Part shown: positions 12,016 through 26,055 of the stretch, piece after piece
Numbering within the stretch: position 1 is the first letter of the stretch
Layout of the letters: the number at the start of each line of letters is the position of its first letter
Assembly (NCBI RefSeq): GCF_006345805.1
Contig: NC_042998.1
Span: forward strand, 172,360,001 to 172,424,000
Length of the DNA stretch: 64,000 nt
Reading direction: 5' to 3'
Source: Octopus sinensis
Taxonomy: Eukaryota
Translations under genes and position numbers: made by a program
Notes under the pieces: generated by a model
What the model saw: the letters and a program-made list of their open reading frames with translations, nothing else
The model's database searches: none
What the model was told of the DNA's origin: nothing

Positions 12016-14067
12016 GTAAGTAGAAATGTTACATTGATAAAATCTTGTTGAAGTTGACTGTAATGTTGAAAAATAATTAGATGATAATTTACCAGGGGAT
12101 GGGGTGGGGGAGAAATATCTAATTAATTTCAGCCCCTGTTACTCGTAATATTTTTATTGCAAAAATTTATTACAATATATTTTATTTTTTTAAATGCTCA
12201 AGACTGAAACTTTCTGCAGAATTTTCAGTGTGCTGTGTAAAATATGTCAGTTCACATCCTTATTTCTAAACTACTATTATTATTTAGCACGCCATGCAAA
12301 ATGTTTAGTGGCATTTCATCCGTCTTAGTTCTGAATTCAAATTGTGCCAAGGTTGACTTTGCCTTTCATCCTTTCAGGGTTGATGAAATAAGTACCAGTT
12401 TCACACTGGGGTTGATGTAATTGACTAGCCCTTTCCCCAAAGTTTCAGGCCTTGTGCCTATAGTAGAAAGGATTATTTCTTTTTACCAAGATTATTGTGA
12501 AGTGAACAAAATTGTTCGGTTGCTTCTTCATAAGATTTAGTGTGTCTTTGATGAATGTCACTTTCTCCAGAAACTGGAAAAATATAAAGGGAATATTAAG
12601 TGCTACTGTGAAGAGGAGGAATTTTTGAAGAAAATCTCTGGCAGTATTTCGGCATGGCCACGACTGAATGATTAACAATATTTGTTTTTCTAAATGACTA
12701 TAGTTGGAGAAATGCTTACATTGTTAAATACAGAAATCTTTATTTTTAATCAATTCTCCAGTTGGGTGCCAAACTATATATAGTGTACAGTTTCATTCCC
12801 CTTAGTTTTGCAATGACATTTCACAGGGGTTGATGCCATACTTTTAAGAAATATTGTTTTTCTAAAATCAGTTGTTCATGCCTATATGTACAACTAAAAA
12901 CATTAGAAGAAAATTTGTAAAAGGGCCTATATGATTTAGACCTCAACTTTAATTTTGAGTTGCAGGTTCAATCCTCACTTTATCTTTTCAGTATATTGTG
13001 TTCTCTTGTTGCTGTATACAAGTCCTCATAGAAATTCATATTATAAATGGCACAGGTTGGACAAGCTTGCTGTATTAATTTATCACCAATTGCCTTTGTC
13101 TCTCTCTTTTTTTTTTAATGGAACGTGCAAAAAATTTGTCAATGGGCTTGGAGTTGACATGGAGTAGATCAGACCAAATCACTGTCTGTTGTTCCTTTTT
13201 ATTGAATTCCTCTTATTTGGATGATTTAACAAATAAAAAGAATGCTAAAATATGTGGAAAGATATAACATAAAATAAACTCCTCATCTTGAAGACTTTAC
13301 ATTTCACTTCATATGCACAACCCATATGTCTCTCTATATTTTAGCATTTCAAATATCTTACTAGATTCCTCATTTATTGCATCAATAAAGACAGGCCTGA
13401 AATCAAGAACCTAACTAGACCAATTTTATTTTTATTCTTGTTGTGTCTCTTCATGTTTTCCTTGATCCAGCAGATTTCTATTCAGTGGTGTTACAACTGT
13501 GACCCCATCATATCTTGTTCTCAAACAGTGTTTCTAGGACTACAATAGTCAATGTTACCTTTTCTTTTCTTTTGTGTTTTAAAGAGTGTAGGATGAGGTT
13601 TGAGGGAAATTTACCTGCTATTGTTAGTAGGTCAAGTAACTACATAGAGACTCCAGTTTGTGTTAACAAACAGTATACTGTACTGTTGAGTATGGGTTTT
13701 TTCAACCAAATATTCTTGCTTTTGACAACCACCTACAGAAGCAACTGGCTTTATTTATAGTGCTGCTAACATAAGTGAGGCTGTCATGCAGGATTAAAAG
13801 TTCTCTTTACTCTAAATTAGTTTCTAATTCAGAGTGGTTTTTCTCTAAGATTGATAGAAAAGCCTTTTGTCTAGAATGGGAGAGATAGAGGTGTCTATAA
13901 CATACTACAGTAAGTCAAGGTGATCTGCTCCTTCTCCAGTTAAAGGACTCTGTTGCAAAGTATAAATAGTGGGGTATGTGAGAGGAATTTCTATGAGATT
14001 AAGAGAAATACAAATGACATAAAAGGCTGAGGCTTATGATGTGACCACATAAATTTAATAAAAATTA

Positions 14068-14450
14068 GGCGTAGGAGTGGCTGTGTGATAAGTAGCCTGC
14101 TTATGAACCAAATGGTTCCGGGTTCAGTCCCACTGCGTGACACCTTAGGCAACTGTCTTCTGCTATAGCCTTAAACCAACCAAAGCCGTGAGTGGATTTG
14201 GTAGATGGAAACTGAAAGAAGCCCATCGTATATATATATATATGTGTGTGTGTGTATATGTATTTGTGTGTCTGTGTTTGTCTCCCCAATATCACTTGAC
14301 GACCGATCCTGGTGTGCTTATGTCCCTGTAACTTACTGGTTTGGCAAAAGAGACTGATAGAATAAGTACAAGGCTTACAAAGGATAAGTCCTGGAGTCGG
14401 TGCTCCAGCATGGCCACAGTCACATAACTGAAGCAAGTAAAAAGAGTAAA
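14068..14450 (+). mobile_element. tRNA-derived SINE family; other copies at 32260-32478(-), 50205-50530(+), 55418-55810(+), 61420-61790(-), 62397-62790(+)
   Basis: Pol III A/B-box-like head (tggctgtgtggtaag...ggttcagtcc), central (TA)/(TG) tract and conserved tail. Confidence 0.85.
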
Positions 14451-14809
14451 ATATTGACTATAGCTTTAGCAGAAAGATTTGTGATATTTTTATTTTAGTG
14501 TAAGAAAGAAAAAGCTTTTAACTAGTTTTGCTAGAAATATCTTTAAAAAATAATAATACCATGATAAATTAAATACTAAATTGACAACTCGATTCCAAAG
14601 TTTATTTCAGTTTTTAGCATTAACAATTTATATGAATATGTCTGTTAAGGTGTGTTTACCAGCATGTATTAGTTAACATTTAAAAAACAAACAAGCAAAT
14701 CGGCTAGATAGCGTCAGATGGAATGAAATGTCAGAAAAATGCTTAGTCATTTTCTGCAATTCAAACTATTTTATATATATGTCAGCATTTAGAGTGTTTG
14801 AACCAAGCT

Positions 14810-15232
14810 TTAAAGTAAAAAAAAATCCGCTTTAGTGAATCGAAAAGGAGTGATGTTTCACCAGAACAATGCGCGGCCCCACACTGCAAAGATCACATCA
14901 CAGACGATTTAAAGAGCTTGGTTGGGAAAAAAATTCCTCTGCCACTTTTTTCTCTTGACCTTGCTCCTTCAGACTACTATTTATTTTGTAGTTTACAGAA
15001 TCATTTGGGGGACAACTTTCGCAAGCCAGGAGGAGCTTGATACATTTCAGAGTTCTTCACTTTGAAACCAAAAGTGTTTTACATTGAAGGGATTAAAAAG
15101 CTTGTAAATAGATGGACAGAAGTCATAGATAATCAGGGAAAGTACATTGATGATTAAATTTTAATCAAATATCATTTGATCACTTGTTTTCTGTATTCAA
15201 AATTCGGACAGAACTTATGGGATGACGAGATA
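14810..15232 (+). mobile_element. Degraded mariner 3' fragment
   Basis: HQNNARPHTA and DLAPSDYYLF motifs with stops and frameshifts. Ends at a TA run. Confidence 0.8.
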
Positions 15233-15243
15233 TATATTATGTA

Positions 15244-15294
<51 letters not shown>

Positions 15295-16058
15295 CCACTA
15301 AATAAGTTAGGGGTTGTGGATCCAACCCTCTAAGGGATAATACTTGTCCAATATACTGTTGGTATACTACCCAAATTATTAATACACAAGTGTTTTTAAT
15401 TGCAATGCAATGAACTCATTGTATTAAATGGGTGAAGGTAAAGAAATATTTTACCATTGATTTATATTACAAATAAGAAAATGGAGAAACACATTAGTTG
15501 GTTTATCAGCTTTAGGATATTAGCATGTTGTCTTATTTGATTAACAAAACTACAACCATAATAACATACATATATACAGTATAAAATTCAATACATTTAA
15601 GATAAGAATACAAATAGTTATTAAAAAAACATTAACATTAAATTGTTAGAATCATTAAAATCACTTACAGCTGTTTCAGCTTATGGAAAAAAGTAATTTT
15701 CTGTGCCTATACTTGTCAATTATATTGAGGTTGTTGGCAGTTAAAAATGGGGCACTTATATATATATCCATGGGCCTTGTCAGAGATTATAAGGTACTTT
15801 CAAAATATAAATATATAAATGAAACAGGATACATGTACAATTTAATATATACATATAGATATATATCTATATATACATACACATGTATATACATAAGCAA
15901 AATGTATACACCTATACATGTACATCAATACATAAATAGGCACAATTGAACATACGTACAGGCATATACATATATACTGGAACAATCATATACATATATA
16001 CTGGAACATACACATACATCCATATTCATGAATACACATATAATACTTACAACATTAT

Positions 16059-16543
16059 GACAAATGTGGACGTAATATACCTTGATTTTGCAAAAGCTTT
16101 TGACAAAGTGGATCATGGTATGATATGCCACAATCTGCATGACCTTGGCATAGCTGGAAAACCTGCAGAGTGGTTACATGACTTCCTGAAAATAGGCTAA
16201 TGGAGCCACCTCTATGAACACACAAATAGTGAGTGGTGTTCCGTAGGGCACTGTCTTGGGACCACTGCTTTTTATAGTGGCCCTCTCAGATATGCTCTCA
16301 AATGCCCGGATAGCAACTCTGGCAAGCTATGCAGATGATACGAAAGTCTCGCAGAAAATACAGAACCCCAGCGATGTTGCACACCTGCAGCAGGAGTTGG
16401 ACTCAATTTACAGATGGGCTGAGGATGATAATATGCAGTTTAATGCTGAAAAATTCCAGGCCCTGTGCTACCAGCATCCAAAACTGAATATGAAACTTAC
16501 AGGGTACACCGGTGCACAGGGAATTTCAATCCCAGAGCCATGA
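16059..16543 (+). mobile_element. Degraded CR1-like RT fragment
   Basis: VDVIYLDFAKAFDKVDHG, GVP*GTVLGPLLF and YADD motifs, broken by stops. Confidence 0.85.
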
Positions 16544-17894
16544 ATATGTAGATCAGTTACAAATTCACTTAATATTGTATATTATAATCTTTTCTGTAAA
16601 TCTTACTAAATTCTTTTGTGCAATTTCTAAAGTGACCAGTTTCTTTCGTCTTTGATGACAATATTCAATGCAAATTGTTCCTCATTGTGATTATTTTTAT
16701 CCTATTTTATTTTTTCTGTACAGATACAAGTATTTAACTAAAACTATTAGTTAGTATCAGTTGGTCATTTACTATGTAAGTGTCCACTAGTTAGCATGAA
16801 TAAAAAAACTGTGGCATATATATCCTAATATATCTTTCCACCAAATTTCATACTGCTTATAACATCCTTGTATCTCAATATGATATCCATCATATGTTTT
16901 ATTTATCCTCATCATTATTCCAATTGCTTTACATCTTCATCCTCTACATTAGATCAAGTTGTATTTGTTGTCTCTCTATCTTCATTCTTTGTTTTATATC
17001 TACTTTCAATTAGTAAGGGATTAATCTTTGGTATAATTTGTTTAATGCTTTCTGTTTTTTTCCTTAATAATAAACTACAAATATTTGTTAAAATGATCTT
17101 ATTTTTTGTTTTGAAGTTTTTCACAAATTTTGTATGGTTATTTTTACCCAGCATCGCAACTGAAAAAGGGAAATTTCAATATTTCACCCGGACTGGGATG
17201 TGTTTTTTTTTTTTTTTTTTTTTTTTTTCCTTGTGATTTATTAACAGTTGTACTAAATATTTCCAAAAATTTTCCTGAGTCAGGAAAAGGAAATGGAATT
17301 ATTTTTTTAATATTAAAACTATTTCTCATCTAAAATAAAAATTAAAACAAATTGTTTTTTTCCCCCATTTCTTTTTTGTTTATCTCAATTGTAGGAATGT
17401 CTTTTTTATCTTGACTATCAAAACTTCTGTTAAAATTAACAGAGTTCTGGACATTTCTTTCCCTTGCATGAGTAGCCAAAACTTTTTTTTGGTCTGGAGT
17501 GAACCCTATAGTTTTCCGTTATAATAATATTCCTGACTACTTTCATACAATTTGATTTTAATTGCTCCATATAATTAGCACGATGTTTGCATGGTAGCTC
17601 TCTGATAACCTTGCCACCGAAGCCTGAAGATAAGCCACTCTGATTTCTAATTTCATTACTCAACTATGAAGCTAATGCAGTGTAAATTTTCAAAGTAAAT
17701 ATAACTATTCTATGGTCTTTTAGCTTCTGAGTGCACAGTGTGATTTTAATCCAAAGATAAACAATTAACTGGCTCCCTTCTTAATCAATGTATACAACAA
17801 ATTTTGACTTATTGAATTCAATCCTCAATATTTTTCTGGCAATTAGAATTTATTTTAACTAAGATTACAAATATTACAAATAATTTATTTTAAC

Positions 17895-19375
17895 ATCGAC
17901 TGGCCTCCGTGCTGTGGGCACAACAAACACCATCCGATCGTGGCCGTTCGCCAGCCTCATCTGGCACCTGTGCCGGTGGCACATAAAGACACCATCCGAA
18001 GACCCGGCGACGTAGTCAGTCCACCTGTGCATACCTTCCCTCTTATGACACTTGTGAAGACCTGTTGAGGCAAGTGTGTGACACTTGTGAAGACCTGTTG
18101 AGGCAAGTGAAAATCAAACCAAATCAAAATAGATGAATATCAATGGAATTTGTATCTTTGTGGTTCCAGTACCGGTGGCACACAAGAAAACCATCCGAAG
18201 TGGCCGTAGCTGGTACCGCATCGACTGGCCTCCGTGCTGTGGGCACAACAAACACCATCTGATCGTGGCCGTTCGCCAGCCTCACCTGGCACCTGTGTCG
18301 GTGGCACATAAAAACACCATCCAAAGACCCGGCGACGTAGTCAGTCCACCTGTGCATACCTTCCCTCTTATGACACTTGTGAAGACCTGTTGAGGCAGAG
18401 GCAAGTGTGTGACACTTGTGAAGACCTGTTGAGGCAGAGGCAAGTGTGTGACACTTGTGGAGACCTGTTGAGGCAAGTGTGTGACACGCGTGACACTTGT
18501 GAAGACCTGTTGAGGCAAGTGAAAATCAAACCAAATCAAAATAGATGAACATCAATGGAATTTGTATCTTTGTGGTTCCAGTACCGGTGGCACACAAGAA
18601 AACCATCCGATCGTGGCCGTTCGCCAGCCACATCTGGCACCTGTGTCGGTGGCACATAAAGACACCATCCGAAGACCCGGCGACGTAGACAGTCCACCTG
18701 TGCATACCTTCCTTCTTGTGACACTTGTGAAGACCTGTTGAGGCAAGTGACACTTGTGAAGACCTGTTGAGGCAAGTGAAAATCAAATCAAATCAAAACA
18801 AATCAAAATAGATGAGCATAAATGGAATTTGTATCTTTGTGGTACCAGTGCCGGTGGCACACAAGAAAATCATCCGAACGTGGCCGTAGCCAGTACCGCA
18901 TAGACTGGCCTCTGTGCTTTGGGGACGTAACAAACACCATCCGATCGTGGCCGTCCGCCAGCCTCATCTGGCACCTGTGTCGGTGGCACATAAAAACACC
19001 ATCCGAGCGTGGCCGTCTGCCAGCCTCGTCTGGCACCTGCCAGCCTCATCTGGCACCTGTGTCGGTGGCACATAAAAACACCATCCGAGCGTGGCCGTCT
19101 GCCAGCCTCGTCTGGCACCTGTGTCGGTGGCACATAAAAACACCATCCGAGCGTGGCCGTTCGCCAGCCTCGTCTGGCACCTGTGTCGGTGGCACATAAA
19201 ATCACCCACTACACTCTCGGAGTGGTTGGCGTTAGGAAGGCATCCAGCTGTAGAAACACTGCCAGATCTGACTGGCCTGGTGCAGCCTTCGGGCTCCCCA
19301 GACCCCAGTTGAACCGTCCAACCCATGCTAGCATGGAAAACGGACGCTAAATGATGATGATGATGATGATGATGA
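17895..19375 (+). repeat. Compound tandem array expanded inside an (ATG)n-tailed SINE-like retroposon
   Basis: About 60-nt units (ccatccgatcgtggccgttcgccagcctcatctggcacctgtgtcggtggcacataaaaaca) and about 30-39-nt units (gtgacacttgtgaagacctgttgaggcaa) in higher-order repeats. Ends in the family 3' tail and (ATG)n. Confidence 0.9.
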
Positions 19376-20271
19376 TAAATGAAACTCTTTAAGTAATTGC
19401 AAAGTTTCTTATTCAAGCAACTTTTGACCTCAATTAGCCTGTGGTTATTTGACTTCTATGAATATTCTCTATAATTTCCATTATTAACTTTCTTGTATAC
19501 CAACAGTGCATCTGAACTTTTCAAATATCAATGATTTGTTATTGGTATATTTAAGATAATTTATCTCTTTTATGTAGTCTATTGGTGTGATAAACTGTAT
19601 CTAATAATTATATTTGAAGCAGTAGCTTGTCAGAATTTGGATAAAATAATCCGAAAAGCACTATATTATGTCTTCTAGCATAATGTTCTAAATCCATTAA
19701 AACAATTTAGAGACTGGTTTATTACACTGAATTTTGACTCCCCAACCAGTGTGTCCACATAAAAATTCTTGACAAACTGCTAGTATCTTTTAAATATCTT
19801 CTTGCTCAAATCAGTAAAGTTATTAGTTTTATAATGTTCACTGATCAAGAGCTGCTGCTGATTGAAACATCATTTGTACAAATAAAAGTTGACTTATTTA
19901 TACACCAATGAAGTGGATTAAATTGAATGCATATTTTATAGATGAACATACTTGCAATTTTAGTAATTACTTATATATGCCTTGTCTTCACTATTATATA
20001 CTTTATTGATGGCTTGAAGGGCTGGGGGCAGTGACTGGAGCATTAATGATTTTAAATTTATTGGGGGTTTACATTGAATATATTTTTCTGTTATGGTATC
20101 AAATAGGTGGAAAAGTATTCGATACCATCACAAGTAGTGCCTAAGTAATTTAATTCTGTCACTTGATACAATTGGGCTGAAGCTAAAAGTTTTCATGGAT
20201 TACAAGTTTATCTTTCTTTAGCCATGCAATTTAAAGTTAAAGCATATGACTCCTACTGCTAGAATCACATG

Positions 20272-20380
<109 letters not shown>

Positions 20381-23134
20381 TATTCTAAATACATATAATA
20401 TGGCTGCTTCTGATAAAGATAAATTAGAACACCTGCAAAATTCTTGATTTTTATTTTTTAAAAAATTTACAATAGAAATCCTTTGTTATTTGTTGTTTAA
20501 TGTAGTCAAGTTATACTTTTAAAAATCATAAAAGTTTCTGTTTATATTTATTTCTGTTTTCTCTACATGAAAATTTTAGTTGGTTGAAGGAGAATAGAGC
20601 CGAAATCTGCCAAAAATGAGTTAAAAAAAAAGAAAGCAAAAGTCCGTATTTGGGGTATAATCCATAAAAGTAACTTTTAACTGCAGGAAACAGAGAGTCA
20701 GCAGAAATATGTCCAGACATGCTATTATCTTTCCTACTAATGCTCCCTGCTCTTCTATCTCATAATTTACATGTTTGTTTTTCTATATGTAAATTCATGG
20801 GACAGGGCCTCTCCCACATAATATCTTACCATTAGTTGCCATTACTCATCACTCCTTAGTGAAGTTTATTATTCTGAGATCAGCCATTTCTTCCCCAATC
20901 AAATTTGGCCTTCTTCTACAGGTCCCTACTACTTATATAGCTCCGAACCTTTTTACTCAACTGTCATTTTTCATACAGACAGTACAGTTGCAGTCTCCTC
21001 TTTTGAGGCTTCATCTGATTCTTCTTTTGATGGAATTTTTGTCTCAACTCATTTGAATTCTGTTCATATTTACTAATATTATACATCCAGTGGAGCACAA
21101 TTGCCTCGTTTTTTCCATCCTCAATGCTCATTACCCATTTTGTTAGCATTTGACACCATCATATCTTGCATACATGTATCGTACATTAAATTTCCCTCTT
21201 TACTCATGGATTGAATCACTCTTTTGTTTCATAAACTTCGCCACTATTTTAATCCTAGCTGCTATGATCTTGAAGTACTCACCTCTATTTCTTATTTCAC
21301 TGCTTAGGTGTGAAAATACTTCAGTGGAGCCTTTTGAATATTTGAAAGAATTTATCTTTGACATACATCATTTCCACAGACAGCTGCTCTTTTAAACTCC
21401 ATTGTTATGACCTGTAGAATTATAACAGAGTAGGTGGCTGAAAACCAATCTCTGATGGACTTTCACGTGTTCATTAAAATCATTAATTGTAATTATTGCT
21501 TTCCTTTTGCTGAAAGCTTCTCTTTATATGGGTTGTATGGCTTTCACAAGTTATTCATCTGCTTGTAGCTTTTTGAAAACTTCTATACCACAAAGTGTTG
21601 TACCCTGTCAAACCTTTTAGATCCATGAATGTTAGGTATAGTTACTTGCTCTTTGCTAAGTTTCTCTTGCAGCTGTCTTACTAGAAAGAAGGCTTTATCA
21701 GTGACTTTTCATAGTCCATCAGTTGATATTTCTGCAGTTGCTCCTTTCTAGAAAATTTTCTTTGCCTTTGAAGCAGTTGATGATGAAACTGCTATGCCAG
21801 TCACTGTGTATAACACTATGGTGTACTAATTAACTGTGCAACCCTACTTCACTGAATATTTTCTGTAGCTCAAACTATCTCTGGTGGCCCCTCTACCTTC
21901 TTTAGTCAACTTCTATAGATGATCCCTCTGTTAGGTCTTCTTGGAATATTTCTTCTTTCTCCATGCATTCTCCACATTCAGCAGCATCTGTAAGGGTAAC
22001 TGCACCACTGACATTCAAAGACACTTCTGTGATATCTTGATTCATACTGCCACTGCTTGGAGTTCTCTAGACTTCTAACTCTCTCATGCTAGAATACTGT
22101 CAAACCCCTTACTTTCAGTTTCCCTCTGTGCTACACATATCTGACATCTAGTTTCTCTTATAGATATCAGATATAGTTCCCCCTCTCTCTTTTAATATCT
22201 ACAGGCTTGTATGTTAGCTGTATACCTTTACTGTACTTTCCATCATGTTGTCTGGAAACTTCTAGGTCTCCTCTCTGCTGCAAGTTTGTCTATTTTTGAC
22301 ATATTTAGCTTAGGACTTCTTTGTACTTAGGTCTAACAGTGAGACTTCCCATCTTCTATACTTCTCTTCTCCAGATTATCTAATGTCTCATGGTCTAGCT
22401 CTTATTCTGACATCCATCTACCTTTTATCATACTAGCATAAGTGTTGATATCCCTGAAGTCAAATACCTAACAGGAAAAGGATAGTTTTAGGTGCTGGGT
22501 AGATTAAGGAGATTAGCCCACACTTGTGACAGACAAGAATGAACAAAAAAAACCATCAATTCCATTGCTAAAGTTTTTCAGTAAACCTTTTTTGACATCA
22601 AAAATTTTGTTTACACTTTATAAATATATATATATATATATATATATAATTTAAAAATAGGATAAAACCTTTATAAGAATTTATCAAGTAGTTAGCGTGG
22701 AAAACCTCATAAGAAAAAAAAAACATCAATTTTTCTCTTAAATATATTTATATTATATAGAGGGCATTACTATACATAAATGCCACATGCTAGGAGGGAC
22801 TCTTAAAGTCAAAACTACCAAAATAAATAAGCACACATAGTATAGAATGTGAGGGAATGCATATACATATTACATTATATATATAAATATGTATGCGCAC
22901 ACACAGCTTTAGGCAACTAGCCTGGTTCGCTATTTATATTTTGTAATAACGGTTATATTACTTTTCCTTCTGAAGTGCTTCAACTTTCATGCATTAAAGT
23001 TTTAGTTAGTAGATCACACTCCCCTGTTTGGAGCCTGGTTTTTCTTTTTTGTTTATCCTTGCTTTATGTATAATTGTTTTCTCCTCTCCTGTTTGTTTTG
23101 CTTTCCCCTGTTACAGCTTGTTTATTCTTTCCAG

Positions 23135-23221
23135 CAACATGAAAAGTTAAAAGCGGAGAACGCAAAAGTTAAGGAAGAAAATCGAGCTCTGGCTCGGGTC
23201 ATCTCCAAACTCTCCAGATAG
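23135..23221 (+). CDS. PPP1R12A: MYPT leucine-zipper exon A, proximal and divergent (QHEKLKAENAKVKEENRALARVISKLSR*)
   Basis: Long pyrimidine tract + ccag acceptor, phase 0, 28 codons + TAG, RVISKLS terminal motif. The donor-like gtaaat directly follows the stop. Confidence 0.85.
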   Translation, partial: QHEKLKAENAKVKEENRALARVISKLSR

Positions 23222-23569
23222 GTAAATTCAGTGTATCTCGAGATAACATCAAACAACCTTTCCAATTGATTGTGAAACCCAGCATGATAACCAGTTATTA
23301 TTAAATGGATCTCTCAAGTTTCAGTCTCTAGTACAACTGACAACCAGCATGGTACTTTGACTCACGCTTAGTGTTCCTTGTTTGGTTTACCTCTCTGGAC
23401 CTTAACGATATTCTTTTAGAATGTTCCAGCAATACTTAACAGCTTCCGTGATTCACAAATTGCTCTGTGTCTCTTTTCTATTTACAACACTCAGGTGCAT
23501 TGGCACCAACACAAAATCACCATCACTGCCATTGTCATCACCATCCTCATCATCATATTGATTTCCAGA

Positions 23570-24045
23570 TATATTTATAACATACTGCAGCATAATCCAC
23601 TAGACATGCTATGAAGTCTTCCCTTACTATTGGGAATAAAGGGAATAGAGTTCAACAAGAGTTATAATTATTTTCTAATGAAGCAATTTTGATATTACAT
23701 ATTCTTGATCATAATTATAAAGTCAGAGGATTCACTTTGAATTACTGTTTGCATATATCAAAATATATTTCCCATGCTGTATACATATGAACAGAAATCA
23801 TGTCCACTCTCGACCCTTTTCACATAGAGCCTGTGTACATTTGGCATTGTCATCATCTTTCAGGTAGTGTGATTAAGTTGGTCAATCCTTGCTCGTGTCC
23901 ATTTTAGAATGGATGCACTAGGGCAGACTATAGCAACAGCCCATATGTTGATGGCAATCACAAGATTTCTTTCATTGAGTTTTGACTTTATGACTTCAAA
24001 AGAAGTTTGAGGTGCTTCAAATATGCAAGTGACCTTGTCTTTCAT
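23570..24045 (-). mobile_element. Short degraded fragment of a REL-type LINE
   Basis: LNERNLVIAINIWAVAIV...LKW..IDQL, typical of the post-RT region of these elements. Confidence 0.5.
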
Positions 24046-25047
24046 TTATCTTTATTATTGTTTTTTTTTATCATTATTATTATTGAGCGTCATGCTAGCA
24101 GGATCAATAGAACAAATTTGTTGCTATATTTGTCCTTGCTCTTTAACGTTTTGTTCCTTTGGGGTCAATAAAGTACCAAGGAAGTCCTGAGATTGATTTT
24201 AATCAACTAGCCCTTCTCTCAAGATATCAAGTGTTGTGCCTTTTACCATTATTATAAAGGGTGATAAATTGGCAGAATTATTACAACATCAGACAAAATC
24301 TGCTTTCTTGCAGTTTTTCATTCTTGACAAGACTAGAGTCTTCTTTTTCCTGTGTTGTCTCTCTTTCTTGTCTAGTGAGTTTTAAAGTTGTGCTTAAATT
24401 TGGTATTAGGGTGGTAGATTGTTTTGGATAAAATATCCTGTGGATCTCTTTACATTCTTAGTTCAAATCCCATCGAAGTCAACTTTTTCTTTCATCCCTC
24501 CAGTCAAATATCAAAGGTGATTTAATTGCTTAACCCCTCACTACAAAATTCCCAGCCTTGTGCCCAAAGTAGAAACAGTTGTTGTAATTAAATATGCACC
24601 TTTTCTGTGTGCCATGCAAACTTCCAACATTTCCCCATTATTTCTACAGGCATCTCTTTTAGTCATATTTCATGTGGTGTCACAAAAACAATTTCATTTA
24701 ATAATTTTTATTGTAGCTGTTAGAAATGTCAAATAAATAATGTTCTGGTTTCCATCTAATGGATTGTAAGCTTATATTTTGCTTTTTTTTTTTTTGTATT
24801 CACTTCATTCTATAAAAGAAAGCTACAATGTAAGAGTTGTGCAGTCATCCTTATTGTCATTTGTTCTTAACCATGGCATTTTTGTCATCATTTTACGTTG
24901 GCTTTTCCCTTCTGGTATTCAGTTACTGCCCACCTGAACTGATCAGTAAGTGTGTTGCTTCTCTATTCCATTTTGTTATGGTCTGTGGTTGGATGCTCAT
25001 CCTATCACCAATTACTTCACAAGGTGCACTGGGTGCATTTAATCATG

Positions 25048-26055
25048 TATGAGGGGGTGTTCATTTAAAATTTCTCCTACATAGCCACTACCAAAAGTGA
25101 CACACTTCTCCCATTGCTTTATGCAACTGTGAAAACCTCATCTATAGACATTGGTAGGTTGTTTCTAGAACCAAGACTTTACCTCAGAAAGAAGTTCATC
25201 ATCATCCAAAAAGTGCCTCCCCTTCAAAAAAAGACTTCATGGTTGGAAAGAGGTGGATGTCAGATGATGTGAGGTTGGGAGAGTAATGGGAATGAGGAAG
25301 GATTTCATAGCTGCAGGAGTGTGCTTTCATCTGGGCAACATGTGCATTGTGGACTGAAGTGTTGTCTTGGAGGAGGTGGACTCCTTTGGTCAGTATGCCA
25401 CACCTCTCTGCTTTGATAGCCTCCTGCAATTTCTGCAGCAGAGAGGCATAATAATTGTGGTGCCCTTTGCCAGAAAATCCATCATCACTACTCTACGCTG
25501 GTCCCAAAAGACTGAGCATCACCTTGCCTGTTGAGGTCTGGACATGAGCCTTCTTTGGAGGTGGTGAGTTATCATCCTTCCATTGCTTTGACTAGACTTT
25601 AGTGTCAGGATCATAGTGATGGAGCCATATTTCATCCTGTGTAAGTCTGCTGAAAAAGTCCTTTTCTTGGCACATTGCCAAAAGAGCCTGGGAGCAATTG
25701 ACTTGTTCCTGCTTCTGAAAAGGTGTGAGTATCTGGGGAATCCATCATGCAGACAACTTGTGTGTGTGCAAATGGTCGTGAATGATTTTTTCCATGGACC
25801 CTTCACTTATCTTCACTTTTTGGGCTAGTTGCTGAATAGTTATGCGGTGACCCTCTGAAATGGTGGTTTCCACTTTATGGATGGTGTCGTCATCCAAGAA
25901 TAGGAGCAGTTTCCACCGATGTCCAACCACATTTGAACTGGCAATGCCAGTGCTTGATTACATCATGTGATGGTACATCATCACCATAAACTTCTCTCAT
26001 CTCATCGACAGTTTCTTTTGGTATACGATGAAATCTTAAATGAACATCCTATGTA
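25048..26055 (-). mobile_element. Degraded mariner element with terminal inverted repeats
   Basis: TIR-like ends (gtgttcatttaa / ttaaatgaacat). Translations include LLQDNTSVH, YSPNLTSSDIHLFP and DEIWLHHYDP. Confidence 0.85.

Noticed and set aside
14068-14150. tRNA-like sequence
   Set aside because: It is the tRNA-derived head of a multi-copy SINE, not a tRNA gene.
16545-17700. Possible degraded Penelope/GIY-YIG or other element
   Set aside because: Motifs are too decayed to call without a search.
18124-19416. Cluster of repetitive Cys/His/Arg-rich ORFs, or a CRISPR-like array
   Set aside because: They are translations of a tandem repeat. There are no unique spacers and the context is eukaryotic.
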